62,246 nt of DNA, taken from the NCBI GenBank assembly GCA_041744215.1, contig JBGTLG010000020.1:1-62246 (forward strand), in the 5' to 3' direction. This DNA comes from Fimbriimonadales bacterium. Lineage in GTDB: Bacteria > Armatimonadota > Fimbriimonadia > Fimbriimonadales > ATM1. Shown here one piece after another: positions 18,130-29,280 of the stretch (positions are counted from its first letter, which is position 1; each line of letters opens with the position of its first letter). Under the pieces are notes generated by a model, which saw nothing but the letters and a program-made list of their open reading frames with translations, had not been told where the DNA came from and did no database searches. The position numbers were made by a program, and so were the translations under genes.

Positions 18130-19388
18130 TCCATCCATCGAAGGCGCTTCGCTCTGATAACGCTCTCGATTGCAACTCGGTATGCCGCCTGTCGCAAGGT
18201 GCAAGCGTCGTTCTCCGATCTGCGCCACACGTCCTCAAGCGCGCTCAGTAGAATCAACTTCAGTTCTTCTCTAACCCGGTCGACGTTCCAATAATAGTGC
18301 TGCATGTTCTGCGACCACTCAAAGTAGGACACAGTCACTCCGCCAGCGTTTGCGAGGATGTCTGGAACGATTGTCACGCCTTTTCTTTCAAGGATTGCGT
18401 CTGCCCCAGCGGTGGTCGGTGCGTTTGCGCCTTCGACGATCAGCTTTGCTCTCACTCGCTCTGCATTGCTGGCCGTTATCACTCCGTCTAGAGCGGCAGG
18501 AATCAATACGTCGCAATCCAGACACAACAGATCCTCATTGCCGATGGGCTCGGAACTATCGAACTCGACGACTGAGCCAGTCCGGTTAATGTGATTGATG
18601 AGCGCGGGAATGTCGAGTCCGTCCTTATTCCACACGCCGCCCCGAACGTCGCTTACTGCAATCACCTTTGCGCCGAGTTCGTGCGATACTTGGGCCGCGT
18701 GCGAACCGACGTTGCCGAATCCCTGCAAGACAACCGTCGAGCCTGCCAGCTTCTTTCCCAAACGCGCAAGCGCTCCCTCTGCTATCCAGGCGCATCCCCT
18801 TCCCGTCGCGTCCACCCTGCCAACTGTGCCTCCCAACTCGACCGGTTTCCCAGTCACAACGCCGGGTCTGTATCCGTTCATGCCGCTGTATTCATCGACG
18901 ATCCATGCCATCACTTGAGGATTAGTATTGACATCGGGCGCGGGGATGTCCTCTTCTGGGCCGATGATGTTTCCGAGTCTCCGAACAAAGCGGCGCGTGA
19001 GTTGCTGAACTTCTGATTTCGACATCTTCGAAGGATCGCAATTGATGCCGCCCTTTGCTCCGCCGAACGGCAGACCTACGACTGCGGTCTTCCAGGTCAT
19101 CAGCATTGCGAGCGCCGTCACTTCTTCTTCGTTTACCGTGGGATGATAACGGATGCCGCCTTTGAACGGTCCTCGCGTGTTGTCGTGTTGAACGCGGTAG
19201 CCGTGATAGACCTCCCAACGACCGTCGTCCATGCGCACCGGAAGCTCAACTCTTACTTCCCTATAAGGAGAAAGGATCAGTTTCCGCTCGCGCTCGCCAA
19301 GCTGGAGCGCATCGGCTGCTTCGCCGACATTGTGATGGACGGATCCAAGCGTGTCGAGTTCTTCGAGTTTCGTGCTTTGCGTCGCCAC
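18126..19388 (-). CDS. gdhA: Glutamate dehydrogenase (Glu/Leu/Phe/Val dehydrogenase family)
   Basis: RGPFKGGIRYHP, MTWKTA, PFGGAKGG, DIPAPD, QGFGNVG, PDILANAGGVTVSYFEW. Confidence 0.93.
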   Translation of the reverse strand: MATQSTKLEELDTLGSVHHNVGEAADALQLGERERKLILSPYREVRVELPVRMDDGRWEVYHGYRVQHDNTRGPFKGGIRYHPTVNEEEVTALAMLMTWKTAVVGLPFGGAKGGINCDPSKMSKSEVQQLTRRFVRRLGNIIGPEEDIPAPDVNTNPQVMAWIVDEYSGMNGYRPGVVTGKPVELGGTVGRVDATGRGCAWIAEGALARLGKKLAGSTVVLQGFGNVGSHAAQVSHELGAKVIAVSDVRGGVWNKDGLDIPALINHINRTGSVVEFDSSEPIGNEDLLCLDCDVLIPAALDGVITASNAERVRAKLIVEGANAPTTAGADAILERKGVTIVPDILANAGGVTVSYFEWSQNMQHYYWNVDRVREELKLILLSALEDVWRRSENDACTLRQAAYRVAIESVIRAKRLRWMD

Positions 19389-19440
19389 ACCCGGAAGTTA
19401 CCCCCAGTCGATAATCAGGCGACGACGCAAGGTGTACATG

Positions 19441-19478
19441 ACTGAAGACGCCCGCCGTAATGGGCGGGCGTCTTCAGT
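19441..19478. terminator. 16-bp perfect hairpin downstream of the 19496-20731 gene
   Basis: ACTGAAGACGCCCGCC-gtaatg-GGCGGGCGTCTTCAGT. Confidence 0.65.
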
Positions 19479-19495
19479 TGTCCTGAGGTTGGATG

Positions 19496-20731
19496 CTAAC
19501 CGCCAAAGTCGTGAGCTGCTTTTCGCTTGTCGCGATCTTTCTCGATCTCGCGGTAACGCGCATCGCGGGCTTCACTGGTCTTGAATGTCTCCTTGTGAGG
19601 CTTTTCGCCGTCCGTTTTGCACTTCGCCCACGAATAAGCATGGTCGCCGGCGTGATCTCGCTTCAAATAGCAGGTGCCGAGATAGCACACCTCTTTCCAC
19701 TCAACGTGATAGCCCTTTCCATCGTTGCGTTTCGACGGTCCCGAAATGAACAACTCATGGGTTGTTGCTCCGCACCGCCCGCCTGCAAGGAGTTCGCACC
19801 GTATCTCGAACTCGCCAACCGAGGTCGCTAACAAGGAAAGTCCGCCAATTGACCGAACCGCCTCGCTCAAGCCGAACGGACTCAGATTCAGAGTTGGAAC
19901 GATTCCGAGGTCTTGTCCCGCATCGCCGCGGAGTTCGACAATTCCGGGTGTATGGTTGTGAAGCCGAAGCATAATCGGCTTGCTGAATCCCTGCAAGCCC
20001 ATAACCTGAATCTCGATCGGCACACTTTGACCGAGCTGCATTGTGCGCTGCGCCGAAAGCTTGACTGACGCAGAATGACATTCGCGTTGCGCACTCATTC
20101 CATTGTCTTCGACTTCGATAGTCGTCGGCCCAAGTTCAACGTTGCTAGGGCACATTGCGACCGCCATCCGCGGAGACTCAGTTATTGTCGGAGCAGACTT
20201 GCCTCCAACTGTTAGCTTGGTGTCAGACGCGTCCCCGTCGAACGGGCCTTGGATGGCGCACGGATCTCCGGGTTGCACGATTTCCGGTAACTCAAAGTTG
20301 CTCGGGGGTCGTGGCGCTGGTGTTGGATTCGTCGGCAACGGCTTTGCTCCAACAGACTTGCCGTCTTTGTCGATTAACGTGAGGATTGTTCCGGCAGCGA
20401 TCCCTGAGACCGCGAACGTTAATCGCTCGTTTGGTTTGGCTCGTCCGCCTCCTGCACTGACGACATATCCATTGAGAACGCTCGCATTCGTCGCTTTTTG
20501 TGCGTCGTTCTTTCCTGCTGGAACCGCGACGACCGTACCGCTGATCGTGTCACCAGCGCGGATGTCGGTCGGCAGATAAACGCGGATTTCGCCCGCATTC
20601 GATACTGTGTAACTCACAGTACTGATCTCGTTTGATCGAATCGGCCGCGCATCGAGTTCCTGCGCAGACGCCGACCCGGAGCCTACCATCGCGACCGCGA
20701 CCGCGATCGCACTAACGCTAACTTTTCTCAT
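19496..20731 (-). CDS. Secreted hypothetical protein, beta-rich body with Cys/His-rich C-terminal domain
   Basis: AGGAG RBS, signal peptide (ASA-Q), 411-aa ORF filling the intergenic space. Confidence 0.75.
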   Translation of the reverse strand: MRKVSVSAIAVAVAMVGSGSASAQELDARPIRSNEISTVSYTVSNAGEIRVYLPTDIRAGDTISGTVVAVPAGKNDAQKATNASVLNGYVVSAGGGRAKPNERLTFAVSGIAAGTILTLIDKDGKSVGAKPLPTNPTPAPRPPSNFELPEIVQPGDPCAIQGPFDGDASDTKLTVGGKSAPTITESPRMAVAMCPSNVELGPTTIEVEDNGMSAQRECHSASVKLSAQRTMQLGQSVPIEIQVMGLQGFSKPIMLRLHNHTPGIVELRGDAGQDLGIVPTLNLSPFGLSEAVRSIGGLSLLATSVGEFEIRCELLAGGRCGATTHELFISGPSKRNDGKGYHVEWKEVCYLGTCYLKRDHAGDHAYSWAKCKTDGEKPHKETFKTSEARDARYREIEKDRDKRKAAHDFGG

Positions 20732-20823
20732 CTCAATCTCCTGCTAATTGATTGTTGCGAGATTCCTCGCTCACTGCTTTGATCGCTCTAGGTTTCTGAA
20801 ATGTTCCAAGAACTTTTTACAGC

Positions 20824-21921
20824 CTAAATCGGTGACCCCGATTCCCCTTGCGGAGGAGCGAAAGTCTCGAAGCGGACACCGGGCATAAGCGACTCGAGCC
20901 TTTCCGCCAACGTGTAGACCGAAGGCTGCTCAGTTGCAAAGTGGCCGGCTTCGATAACGCAGAAGCCGCTCTCTGCCGCCTCGACCGCCTCGTGGTGTTT
21001 GACCTCTCCTGTCACCAGTGCGTCACAACCTGCCACCTTCGCCCTGAGCCAGTAGCTGCCCCCTGCGCCACCCACCACTCCGACAGATCCAATCATCGCA
21101 CCTGACTTTCCGAACGAGCGTACAGACGTCGCCAGGCGCTCGGCGGCGTAACTCGAGAACGCGGCGAACGACATCGGTTCAGGCAGATCGCCCATACGAG
21201 GCAGGGACGCAGCCATAGCTTCGATTGGATACAGGTCATAAGCCGGCTCATCATAGGGATGGGTCTGCTTGAGGGCACGAATGGCTGCTTGCATCGCGTG
21301 GCCTGGCACAAGCGCTTCGACGCGCTCTTCTGCCGCGGTCTCCCTTTGACCGACTTCGCCGATTAGCGGGGATGCTCCCTCTTGGGGTTCGTAAGTGCCG
21401 GTACCCGCTGAGTAGAAGGCGCACCTTCTGTAGAGCCCGATTTCACCGCAGCCTACACCGGCCAGAGCATCCAGCACAGCATCGCGACTCTCGGGTGGAA
21501 GGAACGTCACTAACTTGTATCTCCGCTGCGGAACATCGTTTCCAAACGGGCGGATTTCTTCCAGTCCGAGCTTCGTGGCAAGCGTGTCGTTGACCCCACC
21601 AGCGGCGGCGTCCCAATTCGTGTGGGCGATGAGAACGGCGATGCGGTTCTGGAGAGCAAGCCGGATCGCATGAACCTGGGGCGCGTCGCCAGCGAGAGTG
21701 CGGATCGGGTGATAGATCAGCGCGTGGTGGGACACGATCGCCTGCGCTCCAATCTCGACTGCCCGCCTTAATGCCGAAGGGGAAGGGTCAAGGGCCGCTA
21801 AGCAGGCATCGACCGGATCGCCCTTTCGCCCGACCTGCAAGCCAATAGGATCGTCGGGGAGGGCGAGGTGGGGCGGAGCGACCGCATCGAGCGCGGAGAG
21901 CAGTTCGCCGACATTAGGCAT
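20824..21921 (-). CDS. Nif3-like dinuclear metal-centre protein (DUF34, YqfO type with PII-like insert)
   Basis: DPIGLQVG, SHHALI, HTNWD, KLVTFLP...HPYDEPAYD, TGEVKHH, GHFATE; start set at ATG 21921. Confidence 0.9.
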   Translation of the reverse strand: MPNVGELLSALDAVAPPHLALPDDPIGLQVGRKGDPVDACLAALDPSPSALRRAVEIGAQAIVSHHALIYHPIRTLAGDAPQVHAIRLALQNRIAVLIAHTNWDAAAGGVNDTLATKLGLEEIRPFGNDVPQRRYKLVTFLPPESRDAVLDALAGVGCGEIGLYRRCAFYSAGTGTYEPQEGASPLIGEVGQRETAAEERVEALVPGHAMQAAIRALKQTHPYDEPAYDLYPIEAMAASLPRMGDLPEPMSFAAFSSYAAERLATSVRSFGKSGAMIGSVGVVGGAGGSYWLRAKVAGCDALVTGEVKHHEAVEAAESGFCVIEAGHFATEQPSVYTLAERLESLMPGVRFETFAPPQGESGSPI

Positions 21922-21980
21922 CTCCAAGATCATACTTGGGATAGCAGGATTTGCGATTACTCGTAAAGAACTGTATGGCG

Positions 21981-24059
21981 ATGTACGTTCGAATTCTTGT
22001 TGCCGCCGCCGCCCTTTGCGCCTCAATCAGTTTTGCCCAAGATCGCATTCGCGCTACACCGGAGTATCAGCGCTACGCAAAGATGCGAACGGAGATAACG
22101 GGGAGCGTTGTTCGCGGCGACGTGTCCGTCGATTGGCTCGAAGGTGGAAAGTCGTTTCAGTATCAGATGGGAGGCAAGAACTACCGCTTCGACCTCGCTA
22201 AGAGAACGGCAAGCGAGGCCCCGCGCGAAACGCTCCGGCCAGAATCTGGAAGCGCACGCAATCCGGGGCCGCGAGCGATGCCGCAGCGCGGCAGACAGTT
22301 CCTCGAGTACGCGTCACCTGATGGCAAGACGAAAGCGATCTACAGGGATCGAAATGTTTGGCTCGTTGCGGAGGGCGCAGCCGAAAAAGCGATAACGACC
22401 GACGGCGACGAAGCAAAGCGAATCAAAAGCGGCAACGCATCGTGGGTTTATGGCGAAGAGCTGGGCGTACGTGAGGCGATGTGGTGGTCACCCGAAAGCA
22501 AGTATCTCGCGTACTACCGCTTCGATGAATCGCCCGTCAAGGACTTTTATCTGACGATGGGGCTGACTGGGATCAACTCGTCGTTAGACATCGAGCCCTA
22601 TCCCAAAGCTGGCGCGGACAATCCTATCGTCGAACTGTTCATCTACGACGTTGAACAGGGGGTCTCACTGAAGGTCGATCTTCGTGATGGAAAGCCGTTC
22701 GAGAATCACGTAGTGGGCTACTATGCATACTCTGTTCGCTGGTCGCCGAGCGGAAAGGAACTTCTCTTCAACCGGACAAATCGCCGCCAAAACATTATGG
22801 AGTTATGCGCGGCTGATCCTGCGACAGGCAAAGTCAGAGTCATCATTCGGGAAGAACAACCACAAAGCTGGACCACGAACTCTCCGTCGATCACTTGGAT
22901 CGATGACGCGGAGTTCATTTGGGTGTCTGAGCGAAATGGATTCGCGAATTACTATCGCTACGACGTTTCTGGAAAGCTGATTGCTACCTTGACAAATCAT
23001 CAGTTCGAAGTCGCGAACATCGTCCGCATCGATCAGGAAAACAGCAAGCTGTTCTACATGGCTCGGAGCGGAGACAACCCATACAAGATGCAGTTTCATG
23101 TTGTGGGGCTGGACGGGCGCGGCGACAATAGGCTCACGGATCCGGCATTCCACCATTCTGTCAACCTTTCGCCTGACGGAAAACACTTCATCGATACGGC
23201 AGAAACGCACTCAATCCCGCCGGTCACCCGCGTTGTCGATCTGAACGGCACGATCCTCGAAACGCTGAATGAGAGCGACATCAGCAAGTTTGAGTCGATG
23301 GGTTTGCAGAAAGCCGAAGTGATCACATTTACTGCAGCAGACGGAAAAACGATTTGCTATGGAATGTTGATGAAGCCGTCGGATTTCGACCCCGACGAAA
23401 AGTACCCGCTCATAGTCAGCGTATACGCTGGCCCGGAATCTGGCTCGATGAACGAGAGGTTCCGAACTCCGGACCCCCTAACGGAGATGGGCGTTCTCGT
23501 CGCATTCTTCGACGGGCGCGGTACGCGAGGGCGCGGCAAGGCGTTCAAAGACGAAATGTACATGAAACTTGGCGTGACAGAGGTCGACGATCAGGCCGCG
23601 GGTGTTCGCGAACTTCTCAAGCGACCTTATGTTGATTCCACAAAAGTCGGCATTCATGGCACGTCCTACGGCGGCTATGTGTCCGCTCTCGCAATCCTGC
23701 GATACCCAGATATCTTTACGGCCGCAGTGGCGAGTAGCAGCGTCACCGACTGGCGTCATTACGACACGATCTACACCGAGCGATACAATTGGATCCCCCA
23801 AGAGAACGAAGAAGGATATAAACTGGGAAGCTACATGACGTACGCAAACAATCTAAAGGGCGACCTAATGCTTTTCTTTGGCACTGCCGACAACAACGTG
23901 CATCCGAACAACACGATGCAGCTTGCTCAAGCGCTGCAACGCGCTGGCAAGACCTTTTACATGCAGGCAGGCCCGGATCAAGGTCACGTCGGCTTCGGCG
24001 TCGAGCGGACTTTTGAGTTCTTTTGGGAAAGTTTTGCGCGTTCGGGAGCCAGAGAGTAA
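21981..24059 (+). CDS. S9B dipeptidyl peptidase IV family protein
   Basis: Signal peptide; WVYGEEL, WWSP, YPKAG, GTSYGG nucleophile motif, DNNVH, terminal His. Confidence 0.92.
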   Translation: MYVRILVAAAALCASISFAQDRIRATPEYQRYAKMRTEITGSVVRGDVSVDWLEGGKSFQYQMGGKNYRFDLAKRTASEAPRETLRPESGSARNPGPRAMPQRGRQFLEYASPDGKTKAIYRDRNVWLVAEGAAEKAITTDGDEAKRIKSGNASWVYGEELGVREAMWWSPESKYLAYYRFDESPVKDFYLTMGLTGINSSLDIEPYPKAGADNPIVELFIYDVEQGVSLKVDLRDGKPFENHVVGYYAYSVRWSPSGKELLFNRTNRRQNIMELCAADPATGKVRVIIREEQPQSWTTNSPSITWIDDAEFIWVSERNGFANYYRYDVSGKLIATLTNHQFEVANIVRIDQENSKLFYMARSGDNPYKMQFHVVGLDGRGDNRLTDPAFHHSVNLSPDGKHFIDTAETHSIPPVTRVVDLNGTILETLNESDISKFESMGLQKAEVITFTAADGKTICYGMLMKPSDFDPDEKYPLIVSVYAGPESGSMNERFRTPDPLTEMGVLVAFFDGRGTRGRGKAFKDEMYMKLGVTEVDDQAAGVRELLKRPYVDSTKVGIHGTSYGGYVSALAILRYPDIFTAAVASSSVTDWRHYDTIYTERYNWIPQENEEGYKLGSYMTYANNLKGDLMLFFGTADNNVHPNNTMQLAQALQRAGKTFYMQAGPDQGHVGFGVERTFEFFWESFARSGARE

Positions 24060-24847
24060 ACGTATATTCCTCGCGCCGAATCGAAAGTGGCAGTCCGTAC
24101 TTTCGCGATCATCATGGCAACTTCGTTCTCTTTGACGCCGAGGGACCCGGACGGTTAGATGATCTGAAGATCGTAGGCGCAGATGAGGTGGTTGTACTCC
24201 TCGATGGAACCGAACATCAATTCTTGGCAAGCGCGCTACCACAGTCTGCGCAGTGGGCCAAAACGATAACCCTGAGGTCTGCTATGCAAACCGCTCTCAC
24301 CTCGTGCATCTTTCAGCCTTTTCCGGTTGATGTGGCTCTCGAAAGCGGGATAGGAGATGTTCGGCGACCGGATGCCTGCCAGACGAGCATCTCTAAGCTG
24401 GAGACAGATCTCATTGACCCTTGCGATGCCGAGTCTCGCTCATCGCATGCGCTCACCGCCCAAAACGAGAGCGAGGTCTTCGAGTTCGATGGTCGCAGGC
24501 ACCGGTCTCATCTCAACCGGATGGCCTTCGAAGTCTCGATTGATCCAAGAAACCTTGGCGTCTTGATTCGCCGAATCTATGATCGATTTCACGGAAGGCA
24601 GCGAGCGCGAGTTTTGGTGGACGACGTTGCTATCGGCTATTGGTACGCGCCAATCGAAGATAGGGCGATCCGATGGGGTGAGGATGAGTTTTTCATCCCG
24701 GCCCCCTCCACTTCTGGAAAAAGCAAGCTTCGCATCCAGGTTGACCCCTCGGCGGGAACGCCGCTTTGGGACGTCTCGGAGTATCGGATCTACTCGGTTC
24801 TTGAGGCAATCGCGGAAGGCGTGTCCGCGACGGATTCGAGTCAGTAG
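24023..24847 (+). CDS. Short DUF2961-like protein (start uncertain)
   Basis: VLFDAEGPG near the N-terminus and IDPRNLGVLIRRIYD...QRARVLVD...W near the C-terminus recall DUF2961 proteins. Confidence 0.5.
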   Translation: MGKFCAFGSQRVNVYSSRRIESGSPYFRDHHGNFVLFDAEGPGRLDDLKIVGADEVVVLLDGTEHQFLASALPQSAQWAKTITLRSAMQTALTSCIFQPFPVDVALESGIGDVRRPDACQTSISKLETDLIDPCDAESRSSHALTAQNESEVFEFDGRRHRSHLNRMAFEVSIDPRNLGVLIRRIYDRFHGRQRARVLVDDVAIGYWYAPIEDRAIRWGEDEFFIPAPSTSGKSKLRIQVDPSAGTPLWDVSEYRIYSVLEAIAEGVSATDSSQ

Positions 24848-25025
24848 ACTCGGCGACTGCGGCGGGCGGATCCGCTTCGACGACACAGGAGAGCGCAAGC
24901 GGCCCAAACCTCATCCCCACTCAATCTAGGCAGAGAATTGGGGTGCGCAGCGAAGAACAGCTCTATCACCAAGTACGGCGAAGTTGCGGCGTGCGGCAAA
25001 GTGCAAGTAAGATCAGATACAGGCC

Positions 25026-25607
25026 ATGGAAGAAACTGCGACTTACCCCTCACCTCTTGCCGACAAAGAAGAGTCGGCACTTATCGTCGTAGACCTTCAA
25101 GATACTTTCCTGGCTCCGATCGCTGACAGAGAAAAGGTCTTAAATCGATCGAAGTTCATGATCGAAATCGCAAATCTGTTTAGCATTCCAGTCCTTGTAA
25201 CGGAGCAGTACCCAGCCCGAATGGGAGGTACGAGTCCTCAGATTCTCGAGTTGCTTCCCCCTGGGACTGCGCGTCACGACAAACTTTGCTTCTCATCGTG
25301 TGGGATCGAGGCGTTCCAAGAGGAATGGGCAAAAGTCGAAAAGACACAAGCGGTGATCGTCGGAATCGAGACGCACATCTGCGTCACGCAAACAGTTCAT
25401 GATTTTCTTGCGAACGAGATCGAAGTGTTTGTATGTGCGGATGCGACCGCCGCGAGGGGCGACGAGGCCCATGGAATTGCTATCGAGCGAATGCGGCACG
25501 CTGGCGCAATCATAACGCACACCGAATCGGTCGCCTACGAATGGCTCAAGTCGGCCGAGTCGGATGAGTTTAAGTCCGCGCTTGAGATCGTCAAGCGATT
25601 TTCGTAG
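25026..25607 (+). CDS. Isochorismatase-family hydrolase
   Basis: LIVVDLQ, VTEQYP, KLCFS, GIETHICVTQT. Confidence 0.9.
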   Translation: MEETATYPSPLADKEESALIVVDLQDTFLAPIADREKVLNRSKFMIEIANLFSIPVLVTEQYPARMGGTSPQILELLPPGTARHDKLCFSSCGIEAFQEEWAKVEKTQAVIVGIETHICVTQTVHDFLANEIEVFVCADATAARGDEAHGIAIERMRHAGAIITHTESVAYEWLKSAESDEFKSALEIVKRFS

Positions 25608-25628
25608 TCACTTCGTTTCCTACAGGAC

Positions 25629-27503
25629 TTAAACTGTGAGCTTTCGCAAATGACCGATGAGGATCGCAATATCAGTCGGGCGGATTCCAGGGATTCGTGA
25701 AGCCTGAGCGACTGTTTCTGGCTGAACCCGTGAACACTTTTCCAACGTTTCATAGGACAGGCCTTTCACCAACGAGTAATCGAACTCTCGAGGAATGGGC
25801 AAAGTCTCCAGCCTCTTCTGCTGCTCGATTTGGCCGGATTGCCGCTTTAGAAAACCGTCGTACTTTGCTTGAATCTCGATCTGTTCCTTCGCTTCCGTGG
25901 CAAGGCGCGATTCGCAAAGATCAAACGGCACATCCGCAAGCGCGACGACTTGTTCGAACGTCGTAGACGGTCGCTTAAGGAGATCGAACCCCGTTGTCTT
26001 CGTCTTCACTTTTGCGTGACCACTCGATTGCAGCCGCTCATTGTCACGCACAGAGAACTTCACAGAATCGAGATAGTTGCGCTTCGAATCGACGAGACGC
26101 TTCTTCTCCAGGTACCTCTCCCATCGCTCGTCGTCAACCAAGCCAATCTCCCGACCCAGCGGTGTTAATCGAAAGTCTGCGTTGTCATTGCGAACATAGA
26201 GTCGATACTCACTTCGCGCCGTGAGCATGCGATAAGGATCGTCCACGCCCTTTGTTACGAGATCATCGATCAGCACGCCAATGTATGAATCGTCCCTGCG
26301 AAACACGATCTCGCGCTCCTTCATGGACTTCCTTGCAGCATTGATGCCCGCGACGATTCCCTGCGAGGCGGCCTCTTCGTACCCGCTCGTTCCGTTCACT
26401 TGACCAGCAAGAAACAGTCCTTCACATAGTTTGCTCTCAAGAGTCGGACGCAGTTGCATCGGATCAGCCATGTCGTACTCAACCGCATAGCCGGGCCGAA
26501 TCATCTCGACATCTTTCAAACCTCGCATCGTCTTCAAGAACTCAAGCTGCACCTCCGCCGGAAGCGACGTGCTCATACCCTGTACGTAAACTGATTCTCC
26601 CTCCCATTCCTCAATCTCGAGGAATACAGGGTGGGAATCCTTTTGCGGAAATCGCACAACTTTATCTTCGATGCTTGGACAGTAGCGCGGACCGACACCT
26701 TCGATCTGTTTGCCGTAGACTGCGCTAAGGTGAATGTTGTTCCGAATAGATGCGTGTGTCGACTCGTTGGTATTCGTCTCGAAGCAGTCATACATCGTGT
26801 GACGCGGCATGACGCGATCGTGCTTGAAAGAAAACGGCGCGCAATCTGGGTCTGTCCTTTGGACGCCAACTTGGTCCATGTCAATACTCGAGAGTCTGAT
26901 GCGCGGTGTTGTTCCCGTCTTGAATCTGCGAATGTGAACCCCAATCTCCTGAAGAAACGCGCTTAGGCCTGCAACGGCGCGATCGCCTTCGCGCGCGGCG
27001 ATCGTTTTATGCATCCCCTCGTGACACAGACCGTTTAGGAACGTTCCCGTTGTCATTACGACACAATTCGTGGGGATCTCGTCGCCATCCGTCAACCGAA
27101 CAGCGACTACCCGATCTCCATCGCGCACGATTGTTCCCACTTCGGCCTGAATCAACGTGAGCCGATCTTGCGACTCAAGGATTTCGCGCATCAATTGCGG
27201 ATAGAGAGACTTGCACGCGTGCGCGCGAAATGTCTGCACCGCTGGGCCCTTGCCATCTCCAACGACTCTGATATGAGTCAGAGCATGATCGGTCGTAACC
27301 GCCATCTGGCCGCCAAGCGCATCAACCTCTCTCGCCATCTGCCCTTTCGCGGGCCCGCCGACGCTGCAATTGCAGGGCATATGCCCTATTCGATCGAGCC
27401 GCAAAGTAATGCACGCCGTATCCGCGCCCATCCGTGCGGACGCGAGGGCCGCTTCAATACCTGCATGCCCTGCGCCGATCACAACGACGTCGAAACTTCG
27501 CAC
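25629..27503 (-). CDS. mnmG: tRNA uridine-5-carboxymethylaminomethyl modification enzyme MnmG (GidA)
   Basis: [63 protein letters not shown]. Confidence 0.97.
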   Translation of the reverse strand: MRSFDVVVIGAGHAGIEAALASARMGADTACITLRLDRIGHMPCNCSVGGPAKGQMAREVDALGGQMAVTTDHALTHIRVVGDGKGPAVQTFRAHACKSLYPQLMREILESQDRLTLIQAEVGTIVRDGDRVVAVRLTDGDEIPTNCVVMTTGTFLNGLCHEGMHKTIAAREGDRAVAGLSAFLQEIGVHIRRFKTGTTPRIRLSSIDMDQVGVQRTDPDCAPFSFKHDRVMPRHTMYDCFETNTNESTHASIRNNIHLSAVYGKQIEGVGPRYCPSIEDKVVRFPQKDSHPVFLEIEEWEGESVYVQGMSTSLPAEVQLEFLKTMRGLKDVEMIRPGYAVEYDMADPMQLRPTLESKLCEGLFLAGQVNGTSGYEEAASQGIVAGINAARKSMKEREIVFRRDDSYIGVLIDDLVTKGVDDPYRMLTARSEYRLYVRNDNADFRLTPLGREIGLVDDERWERYLEKKRLVDSKRNYLDSVKFSVRDNERLQSSGHAKVKTKTTGFDLLKRPSTTFEQVVALADVPFDLCESRLATEAKEQIEIQAKYDGFLKRQSGQIEQQKRLETLPIPREFDYSLVKGLSYETLEKCSRVQPETVAQASRIPGIRPTDIAILIGHLRKLTV

Positions 27504-27547
27504 AAAGCGAATTGTACCGCTTGCAGGGCGGTAGAATTGCGACTCGA

Positions 27548-28936
27548 ATGGATTATCGACGAACCTACATCCGCGATCTGCTTGCTACAAAGCCTCCTGC
27601 CGACACCTCTGCGTATGGGTGGGTAAAAACTCGACGAGACAGCAAGGGTGTTTCATTTGTTCAGATGAACGATGGCTCGTGCTTCGCGGATTTGCAAGTC
27701 GTCATTCAAGATGGAGCTATTCCTGAAGCCGAATTGAAGCGTGTCACTACGGGTGCATGCGTTCGTTTCGATGGCAACTTAGTCGAATCGCCTGCTAGCG
27801 GTCAGGCTGTCGAATTGTCGGCAACGAGCTTAGAGGTCTATGGCGAAGCTGACCCGGCGACGTACCCGATGCAAAAGAAAGGCGCGTCGTTTGAGTTTTT
27901 GCGAGAGATAGCCCACTTGCGTGTACGGGGAAACACCTTTGGAGCAGTTTTTCGAGTTCGCAACGAGTTGTCCTGGGCAACGCATAAGTTCTTCAAAGAG
28001 CATGGGTTCATGTATGTTCACACCCCGATCATCTCGGCGAGCGACGCGGAAGGTGCGGGCGCGATGTTTCAGGTGACTACTCTCGATCTGGACAACTTGC
28101 CGAGGGTCGATGGCAGCACCGATTACTCGCAAGACTTTTTTGCTCGCCAGGCGTTCCTCACAGTCTCTGGACAACTGAACATCGAATCGTTTGCGGAAGC
28201 GTTCACAAACGTCTATACCTTTGGCCCAACGTTTCGCGCGGAGAACAGCAACACTCCGCGGCACCTAGCCGAATTTTGGATGATCGAGCCTGAGCAAGCG
28301 TTTTGCGACATCGAGGGGAACATGAACCTCGCGGAAGATTATCTAAGGTATCTCATTCACCACGTACTCGACCAATGTGTAGATGATTTGGAGTTTTTCA
28401 ACAAACGTATAGAGCCGACTGTGTTAGAGACGCTGCAGCACGTAGCCGACAGTCCATTCGAGCGTATCACGTACACCGACGCAATCACCATGCTCGAATC
28501 TAGCGACGAGTCCTTCGAGTTCCCTATCTTTTGGGGATGCGATCTGCAAAGCGAACATGAAAGATATCTGACCGAGAAGCGAATCGGACGCCCAGTGATT
28601 GTAACAGACTATCCGAAAGAGATCAAGGCGTTTTATATGAAACTGAATGACGACGAGCGCACTGTTCGCGCGATGGATGTGCTCGCGCCACGAATTGGAG
28701 AGATCATCGGTGGTTCGCAACGCGAGGAGCGTTACGACGTCCTTGTGTCAAGAATGAAGGAGTTAGAGTTGCCAGAAAAACCTTATGGCTGGTACCTTGA
28801 TTTGCGAAAGTATGGAAGCGCGCCTCACTCTGGTTTTGGACTGGGCTTGGAGCGAATGATGATGTACGTTACCGGTATGAAGAACATTCGCGACGTCATT
28901 CCGTTCTATCGCGTTCCAGGGAGTGCGGAGTTTTGA
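27548..28936 (+). CDS. asnS: Asparagine--tRNA ligase
   Basis: [49 protein letters not shown]; start set at ATG 27548. Confidence 0.96.
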   Translation: MDYRRTYIRDLLATKPPADTSAYGWVKTRRDSKGVSFVQMNDGSCFADLQVVIQDGAIPEAELKRVTTGACVRFDGNLVESPASGQAVELSATSLEVYGEADPATYPMQKKGASFEFLREIAHLRVRGNTFGAVFRVRNELSWATHKFFKEHGFMYVHTPIISASDAEGAGAMFQVTTLDLDNLPRVDGSTDYSQDFFARQAFLTVSGQLNIESFAEAFTNVYTFGPTFRAENSNTPRHLAEFWMIEPEQAFCDIEGNMNLAEDYLRYLIHHVLDQCVDDLEFFNKRIEPTVLETLQHVADSPFERITYTDAITMLESSDESFEFPIFWGCDLQSEHERYLTEKRIGRPVIVTDYPKEIKAFYMKLNDDERTVRAMDVLAPRIGEIIGGSQREERYDVLVSRMKELELPEKPYGWYLDLRKYGSAPHSGFGLGLERMMMYVTGMKNIRDVIPFYRVPGSAEF

Positions 28937-29280
28937 CGCAGATAAAGGCGCGAATTATCGACAGTGTGCCGACGCCACAAGAGCTTCAAGATCTGTTGTC
29001 GGTGCACAAGTGGTTCGTGAAACTTGCGGTGGATGTTAGACTCCGCCGAGTCGCAGGGGGTGGCGAATGGCATGCTGATTCCGAGCGCATCCTCCTTGAA
29101 CTAGGTTCGCAACAAGAGGACATATGGGGCGGCGATTGGATCCCCGAGCAGCGGGCTGTAGAATTCAATTCGCTGATCAACATCTCAGCTGAGAGGGGCA
29201 ACCGGTCTATGGAGATAACTGACCCCGACACGCGCCAACTGTTTGAGGACATCGTCCGCCAGGTGTTTGATGCGAGTTAG
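28933..29280 (+). CDS. DUF5674-family protein
   Basis: KLAVDV...[22 protein letters not shown]...EFNSLINI...GNRSMEI.DP. Confidence 0.7.
   Translation: MTQIKARIIDSVPTPQELQDLLSVHKWFVKLAVDVRLRRVAGGGEWHADSERILLELGSQQEDIWGGDWIPEQRAVEFNSLINISAERGNRSMEITDPDTRQLFEDIVRQVFDAS

Noticed and set aside
20770-20810. Possible ECF promoter GGAACAT...TCAAA upstream of the 20731 gene
   Set aside because: 18-nt spacer and a -10 unlike the candidate at 10298; too weak
24848-25025. Intergenic gap as possible sRNA or small ORF
   Set aside because: No convincing structure or RBS-led ORF; only a TAAGAT -10-like hexamer near the next start
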